From the NCBI GenBank assembly GCA_963675595.2, contig CAXXLZ010000002.1, forward strand, positions 1,024,001 to 1,088,000: a stretch of DNA of 64,000 nucleotides. Reading direction: 5' to 3'. This stretch comes from Thermodesulfobacteriota bacterium. Its GTDB lineage: Bacteria; Desulfobacterota; Desulfarculia; JACQYL01. The notes beneath the pieces are model-generated. The model was given only the letters and a program-made list of their open reading frames with translations, had not been told where the DNA came from and did not search any database. Each line of letters starts with the position of its first letter. Position 1 is the first letter of the stretch. Both the position numbers and the translations under genes were made by a program. Shown one piece after another: positions 31,622 through 42,062 of the stretch.

Positions 31622-32724
31622 CGACACGCCTCCGCTGTGACCGCCATGCCGTCCGTAAGCTCGTAGTTGCCTAAAACGACCACGTCTTCGCCGCCTTTTA
31701 GGTCTTGTGTAATGACTTGATATTCCATAGCATTTTCGATTCCTATATTCACAATGTGCCTGACGGCGCGGCCCTTTTCCACCGTGAAGAGAATATGCCG
31801 ATCCCCGTCCGGGAGCACAGCCGACCTGGGGACAATCAGGCCTTCCGCCACGCTCGTTACGACCCTTCCTTCGATGGATTCCCCTAATAGAAATCCCGCT
31901 GTCGAAGTCGGAGTAACAAACACATCAACCAGGCGCGTCTTCGGATTAACGGCATATGAGATTTCACGTACCTTTCCGCTTACCGCCGGTGAGGCAGGGA
32001 CATTGACGCGAGTCAGCGAAACCACTTGGTCCGGGTGCACGGTTTCAATATCTTCCGGCTCGATCCCAACCAAGGCCTCTACATGATTTCCTTCCACGAT
32101 ATCCATAATCGGGCTGCCCGCCGGGACAATCGATCCCTGACGAACGTAGATTCTCTTTACCAGCCCCTCAACACTGGAAGTGATTTTGCTCTTGCCGTCT
32201 ATGCCTCGCTTTCTCAAACTCTCCAATCGCAGCCGCGCTTGGTCCAGTACCTGTTTTGCCTGAAGAAGCTGTTCGTTGGTCGCCAGTTTCAGGTTGTACC
32301 TGCGATCCGTCTGCTTGTAGCTCTCTTGCGCCAAGTCGAAGGCATTCTCGGCTTGGTCGAGTTGAAGCATCGTATCCGGACTGGGCAGGTATTCCAGCAA
32401 ACCGTCGCCTTTGGACATCCTTTGTCCTTCGTTTACCATGACGCTCAGCGTCCGGCTCTCAAAAGGTATCGACACGGTCTGCAAAGCACCTGGTGCAGCG
32501 ATCACCGAACCATAGACAACCAGACGTTCCTTAATGGTCCCCTTTCTTATGGGAACGGTTTGGACGCACGCCACCGGCCCGTCCGGATCACCTTTTTCCG
32601 TAATCGATCTCGAATTCACTCCGTTGGATGCGTGTCCATCCGCCTCACCGAAAGCGTAATCGCGGTCGGGAAAGAACGAAATGATCGCCAGACAGACAGC
32701 AAGAAACAAGATACACCGTCTCAC
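31618..32724 (-). CDS. RND periplasmic adaptor (MFP)
   Basis: Signal/TM, IVPRSAV, VVVLGNYELTDG; lies between the TolC and RND genes. Confidence 0.88.
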   Translation of the reverse strand: MRRCILFLAVCLAIISFFPDRDYAFGEADGHASNGVNSRSITEKGDPDGPVACVQTVPIRKGTIKERLVVYGSVIAAPGALQTVSIPFESRTLSVMVNEGQRMSKGDGLLEYLPSPDTMLQLDQAENAFDLAQESYKQTDRRYNLKLATNEQLLQAKQVLDQARLRLESLRKRGIDGKSKITSSVEGLVKRIYVRQGSIVPAGSPIMDIVEGNHVEALVGIEPEDIETVHPDQVVSLTRVNVPASPAVSGKVREISYAVNPKTRLVDVFVTPTSTAGFLLGESIEGRVVTSVAEGLIVPRSAVLPDGDRHILFTVEKGRAVRHIVNIGIENAMEYQVITQDLKGGEDVVVLGNYELTDGMAVTAEACR

Positions 32725-32738
32725 TTGAATGACCTCCC

Positions 32739-34118
32739 TTATTGACCCTCACATTGAGTTTGCCATAAGTAGGCGCCGGATGCGATTTCGAGAGCTACGA
32801 ACCGGTCCACCAACCGGACCTGAAGACTAAGCAAAGAGATGCGCGTGGCGATGAGTTCGTCGCGTGCATTATAGTAAGTAAGGGCATCGGCATTGCCTTG
32901 CAGCATGGCTTCATAGTAAGTTCCGACCAGTTCATTTTGGGCAGGCAAATAGGATTCGGTCGCCTTGATCTGCCTGGAAATGGATACCATATCGGCCCTA
33001 AATTCCGCGACGTCCGACTGAGCCTCGAAAAGCCGGGCGATATACTCGTCGAAAAGCCGCTCACGTGTAGCCTTTTCGAGGGCAATTGGGCCCTGGTTTC
33101 GATCAAAGAACGGAAGTTCGATGCCGATGGAGAAACCGTGCGTTATAACGTTTCCAGTATCTCGTGCCCGGGAAGTTCCAATGGTGATTTTTGGAAACTG
33201 ACCCAAAATCGCGGCCCGCAACCGTTCCTCCTGGCTTTGGTAGCCCATCTTGAGGGCTACAAGATCAAGTCGGCGATCCGCTATTTCATCCGTAAGATCT
33301 TCCAGCGGAGGAATCCGCACCATCTTCGGTAGCTCAATATCCCGGCTCAGTCTCAGAGGCCGCGTCGGTTCAAAACCGACGGAGCGGCGCAGTGCGAGCC
33401 GCTCCTTGGCCAGATCCTGTTGGATGCCGAGCACCGACAGGTGTACTTTTTCGAGAGACGCCTGGGCGGCGGACAGGTCCATAATAGTTATATCTCCATA
33501 GTCGACAGCTCGCCTTACCGCGTCCCTATTCTCTTTCAGTCCTTTTTCTTCGCTCTGTGCGAGCTCAAGCTGCTTTTCAAGCAGGAACAATCGATATGCA
33601 TGGAGTTTCGCACTTTCCGCCACCTGCCATTCCTGCCACGCCACATCGAGAGCGACCGAAGTTCCGTGAAACCGCGCGGCATTTACTTCCGCACCCCGGG
33701 TAATCAATGATTGGAGATCGTATTCAAGGCCTAAACCGTAGGCGATCACCTCCCCCCCTGTCGTTCCCGCGGCAGGGAAGTCAAAACCGGCTGAAAAACG
33801 GGGATTCGGCAAGATGCCCGCCTGGTATAGCTGGGCTGCTGAAACCCCTTTCTTGTCTCTTTCGGCTCTAAGCCCGGGGTTCAGGAGTACGGCCAGTATG
33901 GCGGCTTCGTCGGGTGTGAGACCGTCCTCTTCATCAATTTCCACCGGTCTGAGTATGGGATGCTTGATCTGCTCGGCTTCAACCTTCAGGACATCCATAT
34001 TTAGAGCAGACAACTTGTCATGAACAGCCACATCGGTCAGCGGCTGCTCACGATAGGAGATGCATCCGGGTACGGCCGTCAGTAATAATACGAAAACAAA
34101 TACGAGTCTTGTCGTCAT
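32739..34118 (-). CDS. TolC/CzcC-family outer-membrane lipoprotein
   Basis: Lipobox VPGC, ILPNP, IELPFFDRNQG. Confidence 0.88.
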   Translation of the reverse strand: MTTRLVFVFVLLLTAVPGCISYREQPLTDVAVHDKLSALNMDVLKVEAEQIKHPILRPVEIDEEDGLTPDEAAILAVLLNPGLRAERDKKGVSAAQLYQAGILPNPRFSAGFDFPAAGTTGGEVIAYGLGLEYDLQSLITRGAEVNAARFHGTSVALDVAWQEWQVAESAKLHAYRLFLLEKQLELAQSEEKGLKENRDAVRRAVDYGDITIMDLSAAQASLEKVHLSVLGIQQDLAKERLALRRSVGFEPTRPLRLSRDIELPKMVRIPPLEDLTDEIADRRLDLVALKMGYQSQEERLRAAILGQFPKITIGTSRARDTGNVITHGFSIGIELPFFDRNQGPIALEKATRERLFDEYIARLFEAQSDVAEFRADMVSISRQIKATESYLPAQNELVGTYYEAMLQGNADALTYYNARDELIATRISLLSLQVRLVDRFVALEIASGAYLWQTQCEGQ

Positions 34119-35829
34119 GCCGGGCGACTCCGAGGGGCTTATTTCGTTGAGGCCAATATTTGAGCGGCTAAATAATCGAATTTACAGGAATCATCATATA
34201 GTTTGGCATTGAAAGCTGTCAAATATTAACCTTCAGGAACAATATTCCGATATTTTAGGAAACAGTCAATGAAGCTATCCAATCTTTATTACCGAAACTA
34301 AGACCCAAAACGCCATTCTTCCGTGTCCTATAAATGAGACTGTGTTTGCAGAAGTGGGCTACCTTTTTTCCATTGCGGGACTATCGCCATTTCCGCGCTC
34401 ATCAGCATCAGTTTACACCTATTACCAATCATCTTAACGGCCATCGGAAAAATGTGCATCGTTGCCGCTATAAATCCAGCCGTCCAGGCTGATCGGATCA
34501 TTGGCAGCTCCCCCTACACATATCGGAGAAATGCCGGCCCAGCGGTGAGAAAGAGACGCCCACTCGCTGTAGCCCTACAAGGCACCGCTGTCCGTCGGCA
34601 TGGCGGTGCTTCTGAAAAGCCTCTTCAAACTCAGCGGCCTTTGAGCAGGATGTGATCAAAACGAAACGAAACGGAGCACGTTGGATACGGCTGCGATATC
34701 CATTTCAAAATTGGAGGGTCGCGAAGTCGACGGAAAACCGTTCCTCATGATCCAGTTCTCCCGCACGGTAAGATAACGATCCGGACTCCCATAATTCCTT
34801 GCCGAATTATCACCTGGACCTTATCGGCATCCGTTTCATGAAAGTGCCGGTTCTTTTTGGAAATTGGTATATAGCAGGCCAAGATGATGAAATGATGAAG
34901 ACAATGGCGATGGAAGTCCTTTTCTGTTTTATATCTTTAATATCAACAAGATGGAACAGGACGACTTTTTCGCCCATTTCATGGAAGGGGTAGACCTTGA
35001 TTTGAGGCGGTTCGGTTGGAGACAAGAATGGAACCGAGGGCCGCAAGTGAGGGCTACGGGATGGAGGCAGGATGAAGAGGTTCGGGGGACGGTGAAAAAG
35101 GCCCTGAATACCCCCTCCGTATTCCGGACCGGGCATGCTGTGCGGAACGAAACGATTCGAACAAACCGGTGGCCGGAAGTTAACGGAGGATGCCGTCGCT
35201 TCCCGCCGCTCCACAAAAGTCGGGGATCCCTTGAGCGCTCACCCCGCCGGCGGCCGTATAGAGAGTATTCTTCAAGAATGCTTCATATGAGACCACTCAG
35301 ACCATCCATGCAGGGGGGATTGCACACATGCTGCAGAGGAATTCCGCCGGAAGCACGGCAAGACGTCCGACTGCGCGGAGGAACAGTCATGACCCTGAGG
35401 CATCGAAAGGAATCGGAACCGGAAGCAAACAGGCGAATCCGGGAGGTGCTACGGCATCTGTCGAAAATATGTTCCTGTTGGCGGGTTTGTGCATAAGCGA
35501 AACTAGACATTGAAATCCGAACCTCTCAAAGATTATGATGCCTGGGATTCGCCTTCGACGTGATATTTTCACCGGTTTGCCGAACAGATAAGTGAAAATC
35601 TCCGGAGGTCGACAATCCTTGGATTCGGGCGGAAGACGACCCACCGGGGAGTATCGGAAGTGGATTTCCGTCGCACTCGTGCCGGTGGACGGCGAGCAGA
35701 CGGGACCCCGCCGGAAATATTTTTCAACGGGGCGGAGAGCGCGGGATTTTTGCGGTTCAGACCGAGCGCGCTTGTCGCTCGGCATGCCGACAGCTCGAAA
35801 GATGGCGCCAACACGAAAAGGAGAATGTC

Positions 35830-36498
35830 ATGGAAACGACCGAAGCAATCCACAAGTGGCGAAGCATCCGGAAATTCAAAGACCAGCCCGTAACGAAGGA
35901 ACAAATGAAAGCCGTCCTGGAAGCCGGAAGACGGGCGCCGTCATGGGAAAACGTGCAACCCTGGCACTTCATCGTGATTGAAGATCCCGAAACCAAACAA
36001 GAGCTTGCCAAGGTGGCGGCGGGCCAGAAGCAGGTGGCCAACGCCCCCGCGGTAATCGCCGTGTGCGGCGACCTTTCCGCCTGGGACAGGCCCAAGAACA
36101 AGGAAGCTTTGATGGGCTTGGTGGAAGCCGGCGTAATGAAGCTGAACGAAGAAATCGTCGATAAGATATTGGACGATCCCGTCTTCGGTGTGGCTCAAAA
36201 CGGCCCCGCCATGATTCTGGCCCGTACCCTGGAGCAGCTGGGCATTGCTTACGCCTTCATGGGGATTGAGGCGGTGAACCAGGGCCTGGGCATGTGTATC
36301 GTGGGCGCTTTGAATAATGAAGCCACCGGTGCAAAAAAGGAAATATACGAAGGCCTGAAGAGCAAACTAGGGATTCCGAACAATGTGTACCTTCTGACCT
36401 TGCTCACGTTGGGCGTTCCGGCCGAAGACCCCAAGCCCCGTCCGCGTAAAGCTTTTGACGCCGTGGTCTCCAAAGAGAAGATGGGAGCCAAGCTTTAG
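35830..36498 (+). CDS. Nitroreductase family protein
   Basis: RSIRKF, RAPSWENVQPWHFIVI, GLGMCIVGA, PRPRK; RBS AAGGAG. Confidence 0.93.
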   Translation: METTEAIHKWRSIRKFKDQPVTKEQMKAVLEAGRRAPSWENVQPWHFIVIEDPETKQELAKVAAGQKQVANAPAVIAVCGDLSAWDRPKNKEALMGLVEAGVMKLNEEIVDKILDDPVFGVAQNGPAMILARTLEQLGIAYAFMGIEAVNQGLGMCIVGALNNEATGAKKEIYEGLKSKLGIPNNVYLLTLLTLGVPAEDPKPRPRKAFDAVVSKEKMGAKL

Positions 36499-36594
36499 AC
36501 AGTCTGTTGTGAAACGCGATCTTCGGCGTTGCGCCTCGGCATTCATCGTTTCTCAACAACCTGCGGCAACCGGCCTTTTTCAAGGGGCGGTTAA
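36496..36594 (-). repeat. MITE-like repeat, copy B (internal deletion)
   Basis: Both ends of the element are retained; the centre is lost between TTGCGC repeats. Confidence 0.75.
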
Positions 36595-37355
36595 GTCGTT
36601 CGTATTGGGAAGCGGGGAATTCGCCAACGATGATGGGTCGGCGGCGCGCCGGCCGCTCCTTGAGTCGCACGGCGCTCGAACCCTGTCGGAGTTCAATCAA
36701 TGTTGCGGGGAAGCCTGAGCGAAAAGGAGTTCCCCGCGACATCCGACGAACAACGGGAAATGAAATTGCGTCGGAACGGGGTTGGGTCCCGGACACGGTC
36801 GTAGGTGAGCGATTCAGATGCTTCCTTTCCTGAGGCAACTACCGACGTTTCTCGAAAAGCCGTGGGCTCGGTGCATTTTTCATCCGGACTTAGCCGCTTT
36901 CATTATTCGCAAATCTCGAAGGAATAATTGGCCATAGAAAAATACAAATGAAGAAGAGAAGATCAATCTATTAAACGATATCATCACGTATCTTGGTACC
37001 AATGCGAAAAGCAAACTCGCTATGATAGAGGCAATGGACTACTTTAGAGAGACAAGTCTGGTCTAAGCCGTCGCCTCGGGAATGATTCCGAAAGGACCGC
37101 GACTTCCCAAGAAAGAGCCTAATTCGTTCAGCCGCAATAAGAGCGGCCTGTGGCATTCTTCCGAAGCCGTGCACAACCGCCCCTTCCAGCTTTCATATGC
37201 ACCCTGTTCACATCCACAAGCTTGATCATGCGCTTTTCCTCATGTATGAGTAGTTCCGTCGACCGGAACCGGCGGATAAGACGCACTGAAGCCGGAACCG
37301 GCCTCTGAGACGAATGCCCACTTCTCTCTTCGGGAGTGCCGAAATGCTCTGGGGT

Positions 37356-38732
37356 ATGAGGCGAAGCATCGGAATACCGATCCTCCTTCTCGTCTTGGGC
37401 GTTGTCCCCTTGGGAGTTCTTGGTGTCACTTCCATGATCCGGTCCACGGGAGAGTTGACGCGGCAGGTCTTCTCACAGCTCGAAGGCCTTCGAGAAATCA
37501 AGAAAGCACAAATTCAACGCTTTTTCGACGAAAGAAGAAGCGATCTGGATACTCTGATCCTTTGCGTCGACCGATTTCGACATGACGCCTTGCGGGAATT
37601 GTCCGCAATTCATGAAGCAAGGAAGGCTGCGCTCGAATGGGGTTTCGGCTCGGATTTATCGAAAGCGTCGACCGAGAGAATAAATTTCGCACTCGACAAC
37701 CTGTCCGTGCTTACGCCCCGCCATCGTTCACGCGTCATCCTTTCGGACGACGATGTGACTCCGTCGATCCGGAACAACAGGAAAACTTCTCCTGAGCTCG
37801 ATCTCGTATTCGATGGAGTCGCCTCATCCGCCGGAACTCCCATTCTATTCCATTCCGTGGAAGGGGGGGGAAACAAAGCCGAATTTGTGCTTATGGACAG
37901 GCTCGACCTCCCTCCCGAAAGGCCATTGCATTTAGAAACGAGAACCGGTTGGAAAGAGACCTTGATCCTTGAGAGTCAAGAGCCCACCGACGGATTTTTC
38001 CAGGGATTCGTGAAGGAGAAAGGTTACTACGACCTTCTTCTCATCGATCCCGACGGTGAAGTGCTCTTTTCGGCGGCCCGGGAGTCGGATTACGGGACCA
38101 ATATGCTCACGGGCCGTTACGCGGACTCGTCATTGGGAAGATTGGTCAGGAAGATACTGGAAACCGGGAGTACCGGCATGGCCGACTTCGAACCATATGC
38201 TCCCAGCGGCAACGAACCCGCGGCTTTCATCGCGCGGCCCTTTGCATCGGACAATGGAATCGAGCTCATCGTGGCGCTTCAACTCTCCGTCGACGCCATC
38301 AACCGCATCATGCTGGAACGGACGGGTTTGGGCAAGACGGGGGAAACCTACTTGGTCGGCCCGGACTTGCTGATGCGATCCGATTCTCACCTTGACCCAC
38401 TTCACCACTCTCTCAAGGCCTCTTTTGCGGATCCGGAACAAGGCAAAGTGGACACCGAGGCGACGCGCGAGGCCTTGGCGGGCATCAAAGGCGAAAAAAT
38501 CATTGTAGATTACAACGGCAACCCGGTGCTGTCGGCTTACACGCCGGTCCGACTCTGGGACGTTACATGGGCTCTGGTCGCCGAGATGGACTCGGCCGAG
38601 GCATTCGAGTCCGCGAATCGTCTGACTTGGATCATCGGGATCGTCGCGGTGCTGAGTATCGCGGCGATTATCGCCGTGGCCCTGCTGATCGTGCTTCTCT
38701 TACTCAATCGAACCCACGCGGCCTCTCCCTGA
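37356..38732 (+). CDS. Membrane protein with periplasmic Cache-type sensor and no cytoplasmic output domain
   Basis: TM-periplasm-TM; YYDLLLID, DFEPYAPS, GETYLVG, DYNGNPVLSAY, WALVAE as in MCP Cache domains; stop about 8 aa after TM2. Confidence 0.75.
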   Translation: MRRSIGIPILLLVLGVVPLGVLGVTSMIRSTGELTRQVFSQLEGLREIKKAQIQRFFDERRSDLDTLILCVDRFRHDALRELSAIHEARKAALEWGFGSDLSKASTERINFALDNLSVLTPRHRSRVILSDDDVTPSIRNNRKTSPELDLVFDGVASSAGTPILFHSVEGGGNKAEFVLMDRLDLPPERPLHLETRTGWKETLILESQEPTDGFFQGFVKEKGYYDLLLIDPDGEVLFSAARESDYGTNMLTGRYADSSLGRLVRKILETGSTGMADFEPYAPSGNEPAAFIARPFASDNGIELIVALQLSVDAINRIMLERTGLGKTGETYLVGPDLLMRSDSHLDPLHHSLKASFADPEQGKVDTEATREALAGIKGEKIIVDYNGNPVLSAYTPVRLWDVTWALVAEMDSAEAFESANRLTWIIGIVAVLSIAAIIAVALLIVLLLLNRTHAASP

Positions 38733-38841
38733 CCGGCATCGTTCAGCAGAATCAACCACAAGAGCTTCGCTCCTGAATACATCGGAACAGATTCACTGAT
38801 AAAGTCGCCGCTTGAACGGCGGTTCTTTTCTTAAGACGATA

Positions 38842-40428
38842 ATGACATTCCGTAGACGCTATTTTTTACCTTTGGCGGTTCTCAGTCTCGCAGCCTCCAT
38901 AATTACCGCCGTGTGGGTTATCGTGTTCTGGCACGATCTCACGCCCGCGGAAGAGGCTCTTTTTGAGCACCTGCTGCTCAACCGATTCGCCCAAATCCTG
39001 GTCGTCGCTTTTCTGATCCTCTCCGCTTTGGCCTTTTGCCTGGGTGCGTTGCTTCATTATTATCTCATCCCCTTGAGAAGACTGACCGAAGAGACCATGA
39101 TCATTTCCACGGCCAATCCGTCTCACCGTATTCGACTGAAGGGAGCACGGAGCATCCTGAATCTCGTGGATGTGATTAATCGAAGCGCCGACCGGTTTGA
39201 AGAGATGAACCGTAGAATCCGTGCAATCATCCGATTGGGAAAACAACGGGCGGAAACGGAAAAGGCGATTCTGGCGGAGGTTCTGGCCCAAGTATCGGAG
39301 GCCGTGGTGGTGTGCAACAATGCGGGAAAGATCCTGCTCTACAACGAGAAAGCCAGGCGGTTGCTTTCCGCCGGCTCCAATACGGACGAAGCCGACGCTC
39401 CCCCCGACAATCCTTTGGGACTGAACCGTTCCATCTACCGATGGCTCGACCGTGAGAAGATGGAAAGGCGGATCCGGAGCCTCTCTCAATCAGTGGAGGG
39501 CCCTGCAGGCCCATCCGAACACTCCTTCGTGGCCCGCCTGCCGGACGGCCGCAATATCTCGATGAGAATCTCTCCGGTACTCGATTCGACACTACGCCGC
39601 ATGGGATTCGTTCTTATCCCGACCGACGACGAACGGTCTCAGATCCAAGCCCTCCCACCGGATCCATTCGTTGCTCACGGTCCGAATCCATCCATGGAAG
39701 AAGATCGACGGATCCCGTACCCTCTACGTTCGAACCTTCAGGCTCCGGAGGCGGCCTTTAGAGTTGTTGGAGGGCCGGTGGTATGGGACTTCAACTTGTT
39801 CAGCCATGGAGACGAACCCGGATACGGCCACCGCTCCCTGAAGTCCCTGAGCTACACGGTGTTCGACACGGAGACGAGCGGGCTCTTTCCCCTCGACGGG
39901 GACGAGATCATCTCCATCGGCGCGGTGAGGGCCACCGGAGAAAGACTGCTTCCCGGAGAGACATTCGACCAACTCGTGGACCCTAGAGGCCCGTTGCGGC
40001 CTCAATCCATGCACATCCACGGAATCCGTCCGGAGATGCTCAAAGGTCGTCCGGGAATTGAAAAAGTGCTGCCCGCTTTCCATCGCTTCGCGCAGGATTC
40101 CGTCCTTGTGGGACATAACGCGGCCTTCGACATGCGCTTCATAGGGCTGAAAGAGAAGGTCGCCGGAGTCACATTCCGCAACCCCCTGCTGGACACCCTT
40201 CTCCTGTCCGCGGTGGTGCTGCCCCATCAGGAGACTCACGGCCTGGAGGCCCTCGCCGATCGACTGGGAATAGAAAAAACGGGCAGGCATACCGCCCTGG
40301 ACGACGCCCTCACCACGGCGAAAATCTTTCTCAAGCTCATTCCCCTGCTCGAAGAAAAGGGAATCATTATCTTGAAGCAAGCATTGAAAGCGTCTAAAGA
40401 AACGCCCTACGCCCGTATCCGATACTAG
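38842..40428 (+). CDS. Membrane-anchored HAMP/PAS-containing DEDDh 3'-5' exonuclease (DnaQ-like)
   Basis: Two N-terminal TMs, PAS-like EAVVVCNNAGKILLYN, Exo motifs VFDTETSG, HNAAFD, HTALDDA; start 38812 or 38842. Confidence 0.88.
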   Translation: MTFRRRYFLPLAVLSLAASIITAVWVIVFWHDLTPAEEALFEHLLLNRFAQILVVAFLILSALAFCLGALLHYYLIPLRRLTEETMIISTANPSHRIRLKGARSILNLVDVINRSADRFEEMNRRIRAIIRLGKQRAETEKAILAEVLAQVSEAVVVCNNAGKILLYNEKARRLLSAGSNTDEADAPPDNPLGLNRSIYRWLDREKMERRIRSLSQSVEGPAGPSEHSFVARLPDGRNISMRISPVLDSTLRRMGFVLIPTDDERSQIQALPPDPFVAHGPNPSMEEDRRIPYPLRSNLQAPEAAFRVVGGPVVWDFNLFSHGDEPGYGHRSLKSLSYTVFDTETSGLFPLDGDEIISIGAVRATGERLLPGETFDQLVDPRGPLRPQSMHIHGIRPEMLKGRPGIEKVLPAFHRFAQDSVLVGHNAAFDMRFIGLKEKVAGVTFRNPLLDTLLLSAVVLPHQETHGLEALADRLGIEKTGRHTALDDALTTAKIFLKLIPLLEEKGIIILKQALKASKETPYARIRY

Positions 40429-40511
40429 AGCTTAAATAACCTCGAAGAATACATTGTGCGGGCGACTCTCGAGAACGGGTCTCCGAAGTTCGCCGGACAC
40501 CGCAGTCCCTC

Positions 40512-41627
40512 TCATAATTCGGAGAGTCGAAGACCTTTTTGGAGATTCTTCAGTGTATTCAGTGCGGCGCGGAGCCGCCTCTGCTGAATCACCCCTAAAG
40601 TCTTCACCGAAATCCAGGGCCCCTCGTGCGTTTCTCCCGCAATCAAAGCCGCGACTTCCCTATCGAGCCGCAATCGCAGCAGAGCCGAATAGGCAAGGAG
40701 CAATTCGTCTCGCTTGGACGGACCCCAAACCCCCACTTCCGCCAGCCGCCGAATGCGTCCGAACGTGTTGACTTCTTCGAGTCCGTGGGCGAAGGCGTAT
40801 AGGCGGATGATGAAGACGAAAGGCTCCAAGGCTTTTTTCAGATTCAACATCCCCCTGTGAGGCCCCTTGCGTTCCACACGGACGTTCCCCCAAAACCTCA
40901 AGGGAATCCGGTAACGCAGGGCCGTCTCCCCAAGATGGCGAAAAAAGCCTCTGGAAGCACGCAAGAGCCGAAATACATGATCTCGCAGGTCGGTCACCAG
41001 ATCCTCCCCGCCACAAAGGCCTCGGAAGTCGAAAAAAGTTCCGAAGCGCACCTGCAACTCCGGCTCGATGGAAAAGATCCAATCCTCGAAGTGAGATTTC
41101 CACCGGCTCGCCGGGAGACACCAGAGAGGATTCCGGGCCATTACCTCCCCCAGACAAAAACGATAGCCCGCCCGATCCAACCAGTCGCAGAGTTTTTCGC
41201 CCAGTGCCGAGAAATATTCCCTGGTTCGGGTTTCTTCTCCGCTTCGGGGATCCTCCAGGAGAAGAGCATTGTCCTGATCCGTAACGAGAGTCTGCTCATT
41301 GCGGCCGGCGCTGCCCAATACCAGAAAGCTGAACCGAGCCGGAGGAGGCCCCGCCGCCTCAAGGGCCAGTTCCACGAACCTCAGTACCACCGCGTCACCA
41401 ACCGCTGATATGTACCCGACCAGCGTTTCCGGTGAAACGGCTTGAGCCAGACCCGCTTCAATCAGATTCGGCAGCCTGCTTCGCAAGTCTGAAACCTGAG
41501 CGACCTCCTCCGCATTGCGAATTCGCCGCAGCAGGTCACCGGTTCCGAGTCCCTCCCCTTCCCATTGCAGGTCCCGCGAGTCCGGAGAGCTGTTTCCACC
41601 GACGCTCTCTTTGGACGGACGGTCCAT
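40512..41627 (-). CDS. DUF294 putative nucleotidyltransferase + DUF294_C substrate-binding domain, without cNMP/CBS domains
   Basis: GSAGRNEQTLVTDQDNAL (GS..R.E....D.DN), CLGEVMARNPLW, FFDFR, LNLK; AAGGAGG RBS before the ATG at 41627. Confidence 0.88.
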   Translation of the reverse strand: MDRPSKESVGGNSSPDSRDLQWEGEGLGTGDLLRRIRNAEEVAQVSDLRSRLPNLIEAGLAQAVSPETLVGYISAVGDAVVLRFVELALEAAGPPPARFSFLVLGSAGRNEQTLVTDQDNALLLEDPRSGEETRTREYFSALGEKLCDWLDRAGYRFCLGEVMARNPLWCLPASRWKSHFEDWIFSIEPELQVRFGTFFDFRGLCGGEDLVTDLRDHVFRLLRASRGFFRHLGETALRYRIPLRFWGNVRVERKGPHRGMLNLKKALEPFVFIIRLYAFAHGLEEVNTFGRIRRLAEVGVWGPSKRDELLLAYSALLRLRLDREVAALIAGETHEGPWISVKTLGVIQQRRLRAALNTLKNLQKGLRLSEL

Positions 41628-41717
41628 ACAGGCCTCCTTGCCAAGATTCGAGGGTGAAAACTCCTTCATGATTCACCGACGGCCACGGAACCCCCACCCG
41701 CTCCTTTCAATACCCAT

Positions 41718-41868
41718 CAGTCTGTTGAAAAGCGCGATCTGCGGTGTCGCGCCTTATTTCTCGTCACTGCGACGTACTTCTATTCACGACTCGTCCCTCA
41801 AAATTTGTGCGCTTTGCATCTCATCGTTTTTCAACAGACTGCGATGATCCGACGTTTTCAACGGGCAG
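41718..41868 (-). repeat. MITE-like repeat, copy C (full length)
   Basis: CAGTCTGTTGAAAAGCGCGATCTGCGG...TTTTTCAACAGACTG...TTTTCAACGGGC. Confidence 0.85.
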
Positions 41869-42018
41869 CCGCGTCGCGTCATCTCCTCCGGATCGAGCAA
41901 AGCATCGCAGCGCATCTTCCATTCACATGCTGGAGACGTGGGCCGCAGTCAAGCCAAATGAGACTCGGCAAACCCGGGAAAGTGACACTCCGGCCGGTCG
42001 AATGGGCACACATTTTCC

Positions 42019-42047
42019 TTGACCTCTATAGACGACCGGTCTATTAG
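42019..42047 (+). promoter_or_regulatory. Sigma70 promoter with a palindromic NemR-like operator in the spacer
   Basis: TTGACC-N17-TATTAG; ATAGAC-GACCG-GTCTAT (42028-42044) resembles the NemR box TAGACC-N4-GGTCTA. Confidence 0.7.
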
Positions 42048-42062
42048 TACCGAAGCAACGAA

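Noticed and set aside
35718-35735. Isolated TTTTTCAACGGGGC resembling the repeat TIR (weaker one near 9727)
   Set aside because: No adjoining repeat body; too short to call
37005-37085. GCAAAC...GGTCTAAG resembling a c-di-GMP-I riboswitch upstream of the Cache gene
   Set aside because: Lacks the GACGCAAAG core and convincing pairing; an Infernal search with RF01051 would settle it
38842-40428. Replicative DNA polymerase III epsilon (dnaQ) assignment
   Set aside because: TM/HAMP/PAS N-terminus and linkage to a DUF294 gene point to the signalling-associated exonuclease family
40512-41627. CBASS-type CD-NTase or other antiphage defence assignment
   Set aside because: Motifs are DUF294/GlnD-like, and no Cap effector or ancillary genes are adjacent
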